From: Nanobdellota archaeon
GTDB taxonomy: Archaea > Nanobdellota > Nanobdellia > Parvarchaeales > Parvarchaeaceae
Direction: 5' to 3'
Length of the DNA stretch: 52,145 bases
Assembly: GCA_021797085.1 (NCBI GenBank)
Contig: JAKAAG010000004.1
Coordinates: 1 to 52,145, forward strand
The translations under genes and the position numbers were made by a program. Of this stretch, positions 30,701 to 35,964 are shown in pieces. Below the pieces are notes generated by a model. The model did no database searches and was not told the DNA's origin. It was given only the letters and a program-made list of their open reading frames with translations. The number at the start of each line of letters is the position of its first letter. Within the stretch, counting starts at the first letter, position 1.

Positions 30701-32389
30701 GCATCAGCAGGTGATGGTTCACATGTTTATTATAATTGGGTTCGTATCCGTGCCTATCCTCCAAATGGAGTAATGCCATCTGTTAAATTAAATGCTCTGG
30801 TTACGAAACCAATAAATCTGTTTATAGATGGCATTTCAAACAGTAATGTTACGACTGTTTATGGTAGGTATAGCAATCTTACAGTTGAATCTAGTAATAA
30901 CTATGTTAAGATTTGGAAGGAGACAAACAATTCTGTAATGTCTTTAACTCATTTCTCTATGAATGTTTCAACATATTCTAATATTTTTGCTGCCGGGAAA
31001 GTAAAAATAATCGGAGGGTCCAATTCTACAAACATAAAAAATGTTTCTTATTATAATATAATAAATAAAGCAAATCCGATACTTAATTTAGTGTCAAATC
31101 CCGACAAAAATTATTCATATAATGGAACCAGCCTTATAATAAATGCGTCAATATCTACTATTGGGAACCAATTAAATGCCGAGTTGTATATAAATGGGAT
31201 TTTTAACCAGACCATAAATAAAAGTACTGTGTTAAATTTAAGTAGTTATGCAGATAATTACACAATAGTTCTAAATACTAGTGGAAATCAAAATTATACT
31301 GCAGGTTCTATTACAATAACAAGAGATATTTATCCACAGTTGCCTTCTTCTCTAAGTCATTACATGCCGATAAATATAACAAATACTAAGGCTATATCTA
31401 CCGCAGCGCCATTCCAGCAGATGGTAAACCTTTCGTATTCAAGCTACAAGCAGTACATAAATCTAAGCAGCGGTCACCAGTTCCAGAACGTGGAGTTCAT
31501 AAACAGAACTAATGATAAAGTGATAGAATCCTGGCTTGAGAACTATACCTCTGGTTATGCCATCTTTTGGATTAAATTACCGAATGGAATACCTGCTTCT
31601 TCAACATTGACTGACATTGCAATAGGCTTCGCTTCAAATGACACTAATCTATTTAACAATAAGACAACAGGAGAAGCACCGCAGCTTTCTCCAAATTATG
31701 CAGAGTATGACAATGGTGCAAATGTTTTCAATTTTTATGACAATTTCGCCGGGACAAGCTTGAATATTAACAAATGGAATTCAGGTGCGAGCGGTGGTAC
31801 AATCACAGTAAATAATGGCTTAACTGAAACGATTCCATACAATGCTTCTACGGGTAGTTTTACATACATTTCTACAGCATCTTATACTATAACCGGACCT
31901 GCAGTCGTTGAAAGTTATGCGAATTTGAACTCCTTCGATACGACAGATTTCAGAATCGTTCCAATTGCATTAACTCAATACAATAATACTGCTTGGCATG
32001 CTGACAATGAAGAAAATGAAAATGCAGGGGGGTGGGTAGGAGATGCATTTCAGCGTAATGGTATAGACGCTGAGACAACAAATAGCAGTTCATATAATGG
32101 ATTTGTAGACAGTAATTATATCTCTCCAAATAGTAATTACAATATTTTTGGTGTGATATATCCCGCCAATAACACCTTAGGAGTTTCTTATAACTCGTTA
32201 TACTCTTATGCTACAACTACCTCTCTTGTGCCTTCAACACCTTTGTATATAACTGTATCAAACTGGCTTTATCCTCCGCAAACCGCAGTTTCTACTACAT
32301 ACCCCATCAATGTTTATTGGGTTCTTTCTCGTGCTTATTCTCCAAATGGCGTAATGCCCTCAGTTAGTTTTGGTGGTTTATTGCAATAA
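18767..32389 (+). CDS. Giant (~4,540 aa) modular, sequon-rich surface protein (adhesin/lectin-like)
   Basis: Single 13.6-kb open frame in AT-rich DNA. N-terminal hydrophobic anchor FTTFLVVMTILFIILFFLSTL. Repeat architecture is detailed in the repeat features below. ATG 18767 is preferred over the TTG at 18740. Confidence 0.85.
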   Translation: MKSTTPAHKKGYKVHFTTFLVVMTILFIILFFLSTLNGFLGFNIAKLFGLKPITITAPKNISVTPPPTNTTNSTKTIPVPKYTIFYESGLPLDTLWSVSLPSGTSYSNVNYLNYSSFLKSFSFSVNQVFLNGCIFSPSPGSGNVIAGNSVYISFSSLCNTTFVRYGLPNKVNWTVIYGNVSKDVDTNSTSFISSNGNFPFSISDSHYDGCPYYPYPQSGYVNAGSSKYIIFFTTCSSKSNAVTFLESGLPQGYNWTVKYNNITNSSNSTRIVFTPKNSASLIPVFNVSVINKNNCIFTPNPKNGNATVGQTVLITFNSLCNTSVSENGLPVGTKWNVTFDNKTVYSVSYSLRVSTNYTLSNLSLKPIVLGNCTFNPIANSSNPIVAGSSVFIEFSASCITSFLEKNLPLGLNWTVKYDNKTLQSTSSEIKFNTTNVFSGFSIPNATEGGCVYSPTPSHGNLTAGSSITISFSQTCHTVFVSKGLPTGVSWSVDYDNQTRDGAFNSSIEFPYYKGKTFSYNVSTIKVGNCVFTPYPKNGTILAGELQLIAFSGECTTTFSETGLPNNTEWNATFDNKTKLSTSAGIYFYTVNGSYPFSIPSQPISRGCYYVPSPSSGSITAGSNETIEFTDDCTTDFIDPGLPQGANWTVTFAGLTKHSINQNVSFLLPKGKYYYQVPQTSYNGCNYAPNQSSGSTSVGEDVHITFNLTTCDTIFSEVGLPKGTSWQVIFNGTSSDSQTNSISFSSFPGNYSFSVGKITLGTCVFSPNESSGFINAGSSPVIGFSSLCYTDFYEKDLPVNSLWRVNYNGKPNSSIGDLIAIKTSYGTFPYSISNVSAGGSCYFIPQPVAGNDTAGTEVTVNYIEKCLSNFHETGLYSNVHWSVTYDGHTVSTYGNNLSILNLPGNYSYDVPTAFGRGCTFTSLNSSGNLVSGKNASVYFSPSSCISNVTETGLPKNVNWGVSIDNVTNYSTEKSILVTTSPGNYSVHIPSVKINGCVFSTSYNNLMMAGSTIIVHFSAACQTIFTETGLPNGTEWKVNDSFPSYFDYNLPIPGEVYSYTVYSSTTNRIIVNSSNSSANPYKVESIPINKFCAYDPQPSSGSITPGDNLSILFENDCITSFKETGLPSGATWYVSFNDINASSNSSQISFLTNAGAYNFKVFTAENQGCFYTSNVTQGTLNTSSVLNIKFTGKFCLTIFNETGLPSNTKWNVTFNSILKASNTSKITFNDSFSNNSYNYYIQPKSISAQGCYINLTSPSGTVKVGSYVNVTYLNRCKTTFNETGLPNSTKWSVIFDGLSGSSSNSSVVIYALPGNHSYTPSIINIGEGCFYYPKPNSSYLISGESASISYTKECLSTFSQNGLPSGALWSVKYDNFVNSSRLSDINFVTAPGNFSFSLNTVDYAYCSFLPSPVSGYLIAGGNVSISFIENTCNTTFIETGLPFNTQWKLTFDGITETPSNNNVTITTPAGIFTAKFYPINLSNCIFSPQPLSSSTAAGGYFTVHFTASCTTTFNETGLPNNTYWFVTYNGTTVSSNSTIIKVPSINGTYAYSLPFIGNSSCSYRPNPSSGNAIAGSKIGVDYSGGCTTVFYENGLPPGSEWNLTYDNKSINSTSTSIQFVTPPGTFRYTVENLTLNNCLYVAKNGSSELAAGSTFYLVFNQTRCYTTFTESNLPSNTKWTLNYDNVNYSSNKTSLELSTIPGTFNFTGYSITEDGCIFTPNPSSGHIAAGSSLLLSFSSSCVTSFNETGLSKGITWSVDFDGITNYSSNASLYIDSIYGNFSFSVPRIQVSANCYLTPDPSNGYIIAGSSTVINFSNYCYSEFIETGLPSGISWSVKYSNLTNSSSLSDISFNVISGNYSFSMPAVDYHNCYFVSNESSGYAKAGGYTYVKFTENYCISNFTESGLPSNTKWNVTFANKSNASTKQYIHLNTTKGLYNFTVPPVNIEGCKYVSTPASGSVAAGSEINVSFSISFCITTFDEIGLPLRDNWSVTYDSMRNSSVSSNITFNISTLSSFPFSVKAENQSQCDFIPVPSSGSVASGSTEVINFDSICHTYFKEIGLPLGYTWIVNLNGKNGSSKSNTIEFTTSYDDNYTFNIYPSVDYNSGFLSNISKGYIATGSNITVAFSNDTAAYKKPVIIPVSFYNNQTESTAQPYQQMLVFNSSKYSKYENSKLTNIMFAYPNGTAIPSWLESGNSNTSNDTVYWLKIKSIPAESGITINMIFNQTLLPYSNNFYTGIAGEAPQLSPIYGEYNNIANVMNSGLLYQFYQLNGGGIQSQTSVYQAQLTPNSVFSYGSLTATAGPTLYLSALTGSSQDVDGTTESNVIINYQYSYSGGSAFPNPPITNPQYVIMKAIGFAVVNSPTTIYGLSDDGMGIGYSNSGGALIPWLGGSSTSDNPNNIINSWVSESATQHSGTITTDGSYRLEIDYTNQGGPGEDAVWSNNSIDYYSPSQPPNGVMPYSISNATFITTYFKETGLPLNYNWNVNYNGIPKSSSMSEINFTTERGNYSYSVSVLRNSSSSLDCTTAYTPLPSSGYLIAGQNITISYSNSTYCITTLDQNGLPANSIFYVNYDGINKSISLFGNGLLLSIQNTQSVPTPAPFQQMVNFSYSSYKKYINLSNGHQFQNVEFINTTSGKVIDSWLESYTSSYALFWIKLPNGIAADTTVKNVAMLFLNNGTNLFNTNTTGEAPQLSPTYAEYDNGANVFIKYWNFNGGSAPAGFATSVDDGGSVSYNNGLYLTLPNNNNGATAASVYVQTDLSNPFFAFTGTGTGAYAYRTNIGISESSSNSIEGTCAIMYYPSYSYIPGGECISNGLYSITSSGYSQINSLSYSSSPLIGVGFNSNTVLMVNNGFNLYTDSSIPFSSTNYVWLGTSAYYSKTAGSNVLNYLALSAYPPNGVMPTITSVFQTSGINTSNGRFLAKPSSNIDCSNSAINLTAGSTYTFENWNCTTEFNTTDINQNVTFSLDYDGLNKSGITGKPLNINFLSSGNGNYLYNAKISNQCSASGYAYVGENSNISNWNCSYLFYEKNLPTGTKWYVSFNGFNESSANNKIVFFDSPGNYSYKINEISIKANNGLSCVNTFYPSPSSGYISTFKNNITIIFSNNTQCTTSFLQFGLPNNNWKVSYNNNGYNYTSTYTLINISISNAQSISTPAPFQQMVNFSYSSYKKYINLSNGHQFQNVEFINTTSGKVIDSWLESYTSSYAVFWIKLPNGIPASSTLTDIAIGFASNDTNLFNNKTTGEAPQLSPTYAEYDNGANVFDYYENFAGSGLPAGWQELTSSGDTYTWNNGITFTNNGHNDYVSIGTTSAVASAGILELDVASGSNARPTIELAATDTQIEGGQPIYEYEEGYGQSYGMYSGDMQLETLTTSSISTANSKTAYNAPLIEGISWTGTGSELLEIIPNYLYNNMETVQETSTSVSLSTPLYIMLGQAASGSSSDTGGFTANWLRVRAYPPNGVMPTVKINKSAVTDLKFNFLTVPGNFTANASTSLDCKPEKDTVKAGTTYFFSSWNCTTTFNESVLPKDNTWWVDYNGINKSNKTGNAIRVNFNSSNFGIYTYSVGSNISCSSKGVGDLGTYNNISNWLCNKQFTEQGLPSGTNWSVDYNNKLSYSTSNVISFSNSFGNYSYDINNITLSNAIYVPNSSSGYAAPFGNFIINFSKHSLVTPQTIYKYAVLNITNSQNYLISAPFQQMVNLSYSSYKQYINLSNGHQFQNVEFFNTTTGSVIDSWLESYTSSYAIFWIKLPNGIPANTTLNDIAIGFASNDTNLFNNKTTGEAPQLSSTYAEYDNGANVFDIYFNGAVPTSDFTLSGSEGSLSSTTVTGPNGNTIDVLEYAQASSSLSYLAYNVKSLNSGSYITEASFQSDGGTSNTGVTGLGNYESESSSSSAIYVGTQFGGDYFDQDYLSSGSLKLDQNSQGTTNADWRYASLTYVSSSSYSAYIAPQLYSASGGYNEVLSEDPISSATTIYWDNYASAGDGSHVYYNWVRIRAYPPNGVMPSVKLNALVTKPINLFIDGISNSNVTTVYGRYSNLTVESSNNYVKIWKETNNSVMSLTHFSMNVSTYSNIFAAGKVKIIGGSNSTNIKNVSYYNIINKANPILNLVSNPDKNYSYNGTSLIINASISTIGNQLNAELYINGIFNQTINKSTVLNLSSYADNYTIVLNTSGNQNYTAGSITITRDIYPQLPSSLSHYMPINITNTKAISTAAPFQQMVNLSYSSYKQYINLSSGHQFQNVEFINRTNDKVIESWLENYTSGYAIFWIKLPNGIPASSTLTDIAIGFASNDTNLFNNKTTGEAPQLSPNYAEYDNGANVFNFYDNFAGTSLNINKWNSGASGGTITVNNGLTETIPYNASTGSFTYISTASYTITGPAVVESYANLNSFDTTDFRIVPIALTQYNNTAWHADNEENENAGGWVGDAFQRNGIDAETTNSSSYNGFVDSNYISPNSNYNIFGVIYPANNTLGVSYNSLYSYATTTSLVPSTPLYITVSNWLYPPQTAVSTTYPINVYWVLSRAYSPNGVMPSVSFGGLLQ
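19010..25150 (+). repeat. 26 tandem in-frame ~80-aa two-Cys modules (GLPxxTxW ... CxFxPxPxSG ... C)
   Basis: I counted 26 consecutive occurrences of the [FY]xExGLPxxxxWxV motif. Each is followed by GxYxF, a Cys, PxPxSG, GS and a second Cys. They are diverged at the DNA level. Confidence 0.85.
25217..26143 (+). repeat. Large module M1 (diverged DUF2341-like plus beta-rich domain), ends QPPNGVMP
   Basis: AQPYQQMLVFNSSKYSKY...SWLESGN...YWLKIKSIPA...GEAPQLSPIYGEYNN. This parallels M2-M5 but is diverged. Confidence 0.7.
26561..27472 (+). repeat. Large module M2 (DUF2341-like plus ConA/LamG-like), ends YPPNGVMP
   Basis: PAPFQQMVNFSYSSYKKYINLSNGHQFQNVEF...SWLESYTSSYA.FWIKLPNG...GEAPQLSPTYAEYDNGANVF. 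Positions 26558-26709 are 100% identical to 28226-28377. Confidence 0.8.
28229..29161 (+). repeat. Large module M3 (DUF2341-like plus ConA/LamG-like), ends YPPNGVMP
   Basis: Same head as M2 (152 bp identical). The tail segment IPASSTLTDIAIGFASNDTNLFNNKTTGEAPQLSP is closest to M5. Confidence 0.8.
29840..30778 (+). repeat. Large module M4 (DUF2341-like plus ConA/LamG-like), ends YPPNGVMP
   Basis: SAPFQQMVNLSYSSYKQYINLSNGHQFQNVEF. It shares a 64-bp identical tract (29843-29906) with M5 (31406-31469). Confidence 0.8.
31403..32359 (+). repeat. Large module M5 (DUF2341-like plus ConA/LamG-like), ends YSPNGVMP
   Basis: AAPFQQMVNLSYSSYKQYINLSSGHQFQNVEF...FNFYDNFAGTSLNINKWNSG. The last part is the FxxFxG...W entry typical of LamG-like domains. 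Confidence 0.8.
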
Positions 32390-32437
32390 ATCTTGTAAAA
32401 ATAAATGTTTTTAATAAATGGAAGCGTTCAAGTAATC

Positions 32438-32956
32438 ATGGCTGTATTGTCGCATGATGAAATAATAAAGCTTCTGGATTCCAAGGAATTGAAGATAAGT
32501 CCTTTAGACAGGAAGCAGATAGGCCCAGGTTCAGTTGATCTTAGGCTAGGTTATGTTTTTCGGGTTTTCAAAAAGATAAATAAAATGGTTGTAGTAGATG
32601 ACTCTACAGACTACAAGGAACTGACAGAAGAAATAAAGATAAAAAAAGGTGAAAGTTTTCTTATTCAGCCCGGGGAACTTGTGCATGCTATAACAATAGA
32701 AAAGATATCTCTCCCACAGAACATTTCCGCTAGAATAGATGGAAGGTCAAGATTTGCAAGGCTAGGCTTATTAACACACATAAGCAGCGGTTTTATGCAA
32801 CCAGGTACTTCCGGCAAAATAGTATTAGAGATGGCCAATTTATCCCCGATAGCACTGGCAATAAAGCCAAACACTAAAATCTGCCAGATAGTATTCGAAG
32901 AGTTAAAAGGAAAGGCAAAATACTCCGGAAAATTTACAAATCAAAACAGACCTTAA
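32438..32956 (+). CDS. dcd: dCTP deaminase family (possibly bifunctional dCTP deaminase/dUTPase)
   Basis: MAVLSHDEIIKLL start as in Dcd, with GPGSVDLRLG and ARIDGRSRFARLGL. ATG 32438 is preferred over 32405. Confidence 0.88.
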   Translation: MAVLSHDEIIKLLDSKELKISPLDRKQIGPGSVDLRLGYVFRVFKKINKMVVVDDSTDYKELTEEIKIKKGESFLIQPGELVHAITIEKISLPQNISARIDGRSRFARLGLLTHISSGFMQPGTSGKIVLEMANLSPIALAIKPNTKICQIVFEELKGKAKYSGKFTNQNRP

Positions 32957-32996
32957 TAAGTTCTAATAAATGATACTCAGCCTGTTTTTCTAATTC

Positions 32997-33092
32997 TCAA
33001 ACCCTTGAGGCAAGGGAATTGTTTCTAAGTATTATGGCTATAAGTATCAATAAGTACAAAACCGCTGCACCTACCAAAACTATGCTTGACAT
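32997..33092 (-). CDS. Possible 31-aa single-TM micro-protein
   Basis: The minus-strand ATG is preceded by GGGGATGA (SD-like). The peptide is MSSIVLVGAAVLYLLILIAIILRNNSLASRV. It lies in the 264-bp convergent gap between dcd and nth. Confidence 0.2.
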   Translation of the reverse strand: MSSIVLVGAAVLYLLILIAIILRNNSLASRV

Positions 33093-33220
33093 ATTTTCAT
33101 CCCCTTATTCTATAATAGAAGACAACTTACATAAATACTTTTTGCTTTTTTTCTCTCTTTTGTATGATGAAATTATATATTTTGGATTATTCACTGTATT
33201 ATTAAGTGAAAAATGATTAT

Positions 33221-33871
33221 TTATTGCACTCCATTTTTAGGACACAGATCTTTTATAGGACATATTTCGCATTTTGGCTTTGTAGACTGGCAGATCTGAT
33301 GGCCATGTTCCTTTAGTACATAAGCAAAGTTCTTCCAGTATTTTTTGTTAACAATGTCTTTAAGGTCATTTTCTATCTCATCAGGCTTATTGCTTTTGCT
33401 TAACCCCATCCTATAAGAAAGCTTTATTACCCAGGTGTCTACAGGAATGCCTTCCACTATGTTGAACGCATTTATCAAAATGGTATTTGCTGTTTTTCTT
33501 CCAACACCGGGTAAGGAAAGTAGCTCATCCATTTTATTTGGTACTTCTCCATTGTACTTTTCACTTATTATCCTGCAGCAGCTTATTATGTGCTTTACTT
33601 TGTTTTCTGCAAAACTAACTCTCTTTACATAATTTAACAGTTCTTTTGGATCCGCTTCTGCGAACTCCTTTACTGTCTTGTATTTTTTGAAAAGCTCGGG
33701 GGTTAATTCATTTACAACTGTATCCTTTGTCTGGGCAGACAGTATCGCAGCAACTAAAAGCTGTAACGGCCCGTTAAAATTAAGGTAGTATTTTACGTTT
33801 CTGTAACTGCTTTCAAGTATTTCTATTGCTTTTTCGGCTTTTTGTTTATCAAGTAAAATGAACTCCGCCAT
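33221..33871 (-). CDS. nth: Endonuclease III (DNA glycosylase/AP lyase)
   Basis: HhH-GPD motif LPGVGRKTAN. C-terminal 4Fe-4S ladder C-x6-C-x2-C-x5-C (CQSTKPKCEICPIKDLC). Confidence 0.92.
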   Translation of the reverse strand: MAEFILLDKQKAEKAIEILESSYRNVKYYLNFNGPLQLLVAAILSAQTKDTVVNELTPELFKKYKTVKEFAEADPKELLNYVKRVSFAENKVKHIISCCRIISEKYNGEVPNKMDELLSLPGVGRKTANTILINAFNIVEGIPVDTWVIKLSYRMGLSKSNKPDEIENDLKDIVNKKYWKNFAYVLKEHGHQICQSTKPKCEICPIKDLCPKNGVQ

Positions 33872-33900
33872 ATAAGATTTATATGCATGCTTTTCTTTAT

Positions 33901-34350
33901 ATGTTTGTGGAAGTTAAAGAAGGGGAGATGTTTCCCGATTTCAGGCTTAAAGCAGATGATGGAAAAGAAGTTTCTTTGTCTGATTTAAAGGGCAAAAAAA
34001 GTGTTGTATATTTTTATCCTAAAGACGATACTCCGGGATGCACAAAAGAGGCATGCAGTTTCAGGGACAATATCAATTCTTTTAAGTCTCTAGGAATTCC
34101 AGTGTTTGGAATAAGCGTTGACAGCATTGAATCACATAAAAAATTCAAAAGTAAATACTCCATCCCGTTTACATTATTAAGCGATTCCGATAAAAAAATT
34201 GTTACAAAGCTCGGGATAAAATCCCTGACAGGAACTGCTTCAAGGGTTACATTTATCTTGGATGAAAGCGGCAAAATCCTGAAGATATATCCGAAGGTTT
34301 CCCCGGATAAGCACGCAGAGGAGATTTTGGCGTTTCTTAAAAAGGGATAA
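33901..34350 (+). CDS. bcp: Peroxiredoxin, Bcp type
   Basis: VKEGEMFPDF...YFYPKDDTPGCTKEAC, with peroxidatic and resolving Cys 5 residues apart. ATG 33901 is preferred because a TTTATATG box overlaps the 33883 ATG used by the ORF track. Confidence 0.85.
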   Translation: MFVEVKEGEMFPDFRLKADDGKEVSLSDLKGKKSVVYFYPKDDTPGCTKEACSFRDNINSFKSLGIPVFGISVDSIESHKKFKSKYSIPFTLLSDSDKKIVTKLGIKSLTGTASRVTFILDESGKILKIYPKVSPDKHAEEILAFLKKG

Positions 34351-34394
34351 ACCCTTAGTAAAACTATAAATAAACTCGATTACTACATTATATT

Positions 34395-34760
34395 ATGCTA
34401 AACATAGCTTACACAGTGATATTCGCTGTGCTTTTTGTAGGCGGAGTAGTCAGTTCAGTTTTTTCAGGCATAACCTTCTTCGCCATTTTCAAGCACAGAA
34501 AAGACAAAGCACCATTGACTTCTTTCTTCCTAAACAAAGATTCAGCTACAAAGGAGTTAAACATGTTTATTTACCCCGCATCGATGCTTTTTTTAACAGG
34601 GTTGTTCACATTTATCCAAAAGCTACTTAACAGCTATCCTTCTTTGTATACCGTTGATCAAATTTTCTTCTATCTTGCCTATCTTTTTGGGATAGCCGCA
34701 TTGTTTGTTGTTGTATACATATCATTTCGCTGGTTCAAGCTTTTTAGGAGGTTTGTATGA
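34395..34760 (+). CDS. Small 3-TM membrane protein, cassette copy 1, member A
   Basis: Hydrophobic helices. Loop motif FKHRKDKAPL and tail RWFKLFRRFV are shared with the ORFs at 35617 and 45594. Confidence 0.6.
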   Translation: MLNIAYTVIFAVLFVGGVVSSVFSGITFFAIFKHRKDKAPLTSFFLNKDSATKELNMFIYPASMLFLTGLFTFIQKLLNSYPSLYTVDQIFFYLAYLFGIAALFVVVYISFRWFKLFRRFV

Positions 34761-35062
34761 ATATTGACTTTGTATACGGAATTATTTCATTGATTTTAGG
34801 GGCGTTAATGCTGTTGTTTATAATAATGCTAAGAAAGAAGCTTCATAAAAATCCAACCTTGTTTTTATCTTCATTTTATATTAAAAAGTACAAGCAATTT
34901 GCATTTGTATTCTTCTTCTTGACTACTTTGGTTTTGGCAATAAATTATGGGATAACTACATTTGTTTCATTGAGTAACCCCACAACTCTAATATGGGAAT
35001 ACGGTAACATTGTATTGTTTACTGCTCTTACTTTGTTTTTCCTGTTTATGTCTTTATCTTAA
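34757..35062 (+). CDS. Small 3-TM membrane protein, cassette copy 1, member B
   Basis: ATGA start/stop overlap with member A. Topology and size match the ORFs at 35961 and 45956. Confidence 0.55.
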   Translation: MNIDFVYGIISLILGALMLLFIIMLRKKLHKNPTLFLSSFYIKKYKQFAFVFFFLTTLVLAINYGITTFVSLSNPTTLIWEYGNIVLFTALTLFFLFMSLS

Positions 35063-35505
35063 AAGTCGTTGAATACCTTAGCTTCATTTTCGCTTGAAGG
35101 GTTGCTTCTGTCTGCGCTGAAAACTTTGTAGCTTTTAGGCTTCATCATAGAAACAATATAATCGAATGCAAGTGCAGGGTTACTTTCGTTTCCACAGGAA
35201 TATATGTCAACGGTGGCATATCGGCTTTCCGGCCACGTGTGGAGTGATATGTGGCTTTCAACTATCAACGCTATTATTGATACGCCCCCTATATCCGGAG
35301 AATTTATTGTATTAAACTGTCTTTCCATTATGTCGATTATATGGAGGTTACCTGCATTTGCTGCAGCTATTACCGATTCTTTAAGATATTCAAGGTTTTT
35401 CAGAATGGAATCATCTACATCGTATAGGTTACCGAAAACATGCTTTCCTATTACTGGAACTAGGTTGCTTTCGAACAAACCCACTTTTTTGCTGTTTTTT
35501 CTCAT
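35059..35505 (-). CDS. speH: Pyruvoyl-dependent S-adenosylmethionine decarboxylase proenzyme (class 1; a related arginine decarboxylase cannot be excluded)
   Basis: IVESHISLHTWPESRYA self-cleavage (Glu-Ser) motif. 148 aa. Confidence 0.82.
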   Translation of the reverse strand: MRKNSKKVGLFESNLVPVIGKHVFGNLYDVDDSILKNLEYLKESVIAAANAGNLHIIDIMERQFNTINSPDIGGVSIIALIVESHISLHTWPESRYATVDIYSCGNESNPALAFDYIVSMMKPKSYKVFSADRSNPSSENEAKVFNDF

Positions 35506-35616
35506 TGATTATTATTGAACAATTCTATTTAAATAATTATCTATTTAAAGTAGCTAAATTTTATTCAAAATAAACAAAACAAAAATACTTTTATATTCAG
35601 GTTAGATTTATAGATT

Positions 35617-35964
35617 ATGGCATTATACGAAGATTTTCATTTTTACTGGGTGGTATTCGAAATAGTGAACGGTTTAATCATATCAATTCTAAGTGCAATA
35701 AATATTTATGTACTTTACAAACACAGGCAAGATAAAACTCCTCTAGTTAGGTGGGCATTAAATGAAAAGGATTCAAAGAATAACTTCTCGGTTCTTTTAT
35801 CTGCCTCTATTTTATTTATTGTTGTTTTTGTGGTTTATTCTTTTGGTTCAGTTACTAACAGTGAATCCATCAAAATGGCTGCAGAACTTTTAGGAACTTT
35901 TACATACCTGTTAGTCAGCTACGTTATAATCAGCTGGTCTAAGGTTTTTGTGGGGTATCTATGA
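35617..35964 (+). CDS. Small 3-TM membrane protein, cassette copy 2, member A
   Basis: YKHRQDKTPL loop motif and SWSKVF tail. Paralogous to the ORFs at 34395 and 45594. Confidence 0.6.
   Translation: MALYEDFHFYWVVFEIVNGLIISILSAINIYVLYKHRQDKTPLVRWALNEKDSKNNFSVLLSASILFIVVFVVYSFGSVTNSESIKMAAELLGTFTYLLVSYVIISWSKVFVGYL

Noticed and set aside
24318-30773. Several 60-90-aa ORFs in alternative frames inside the giant gene: 24318-24503, 26422-26697, 28464-28688, 30066-30272, 30576-30773, plus minus-strand ones.
   Set aside because: All are embedded in the 13.6-kb frame, which has strong periodic protein-level repeat structure. The alternative frames lack any pattern.
19010-32359. Whether the tandem repeats could be a CRISPR array or a satellite.
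   Set aside because: The repeat units are at least 240 bp, in frame, conserved at the protein level and diverged at the DNA level. There is no short-repeat/unique-spacer alternation.
33019-33216. 65-aa plus-strand ORF in the dcd/nth convergent gap.
   Set aside because: It has a TTG start, no SD or TATA in an appropriate position, and an implausible composition. It is probably chance.
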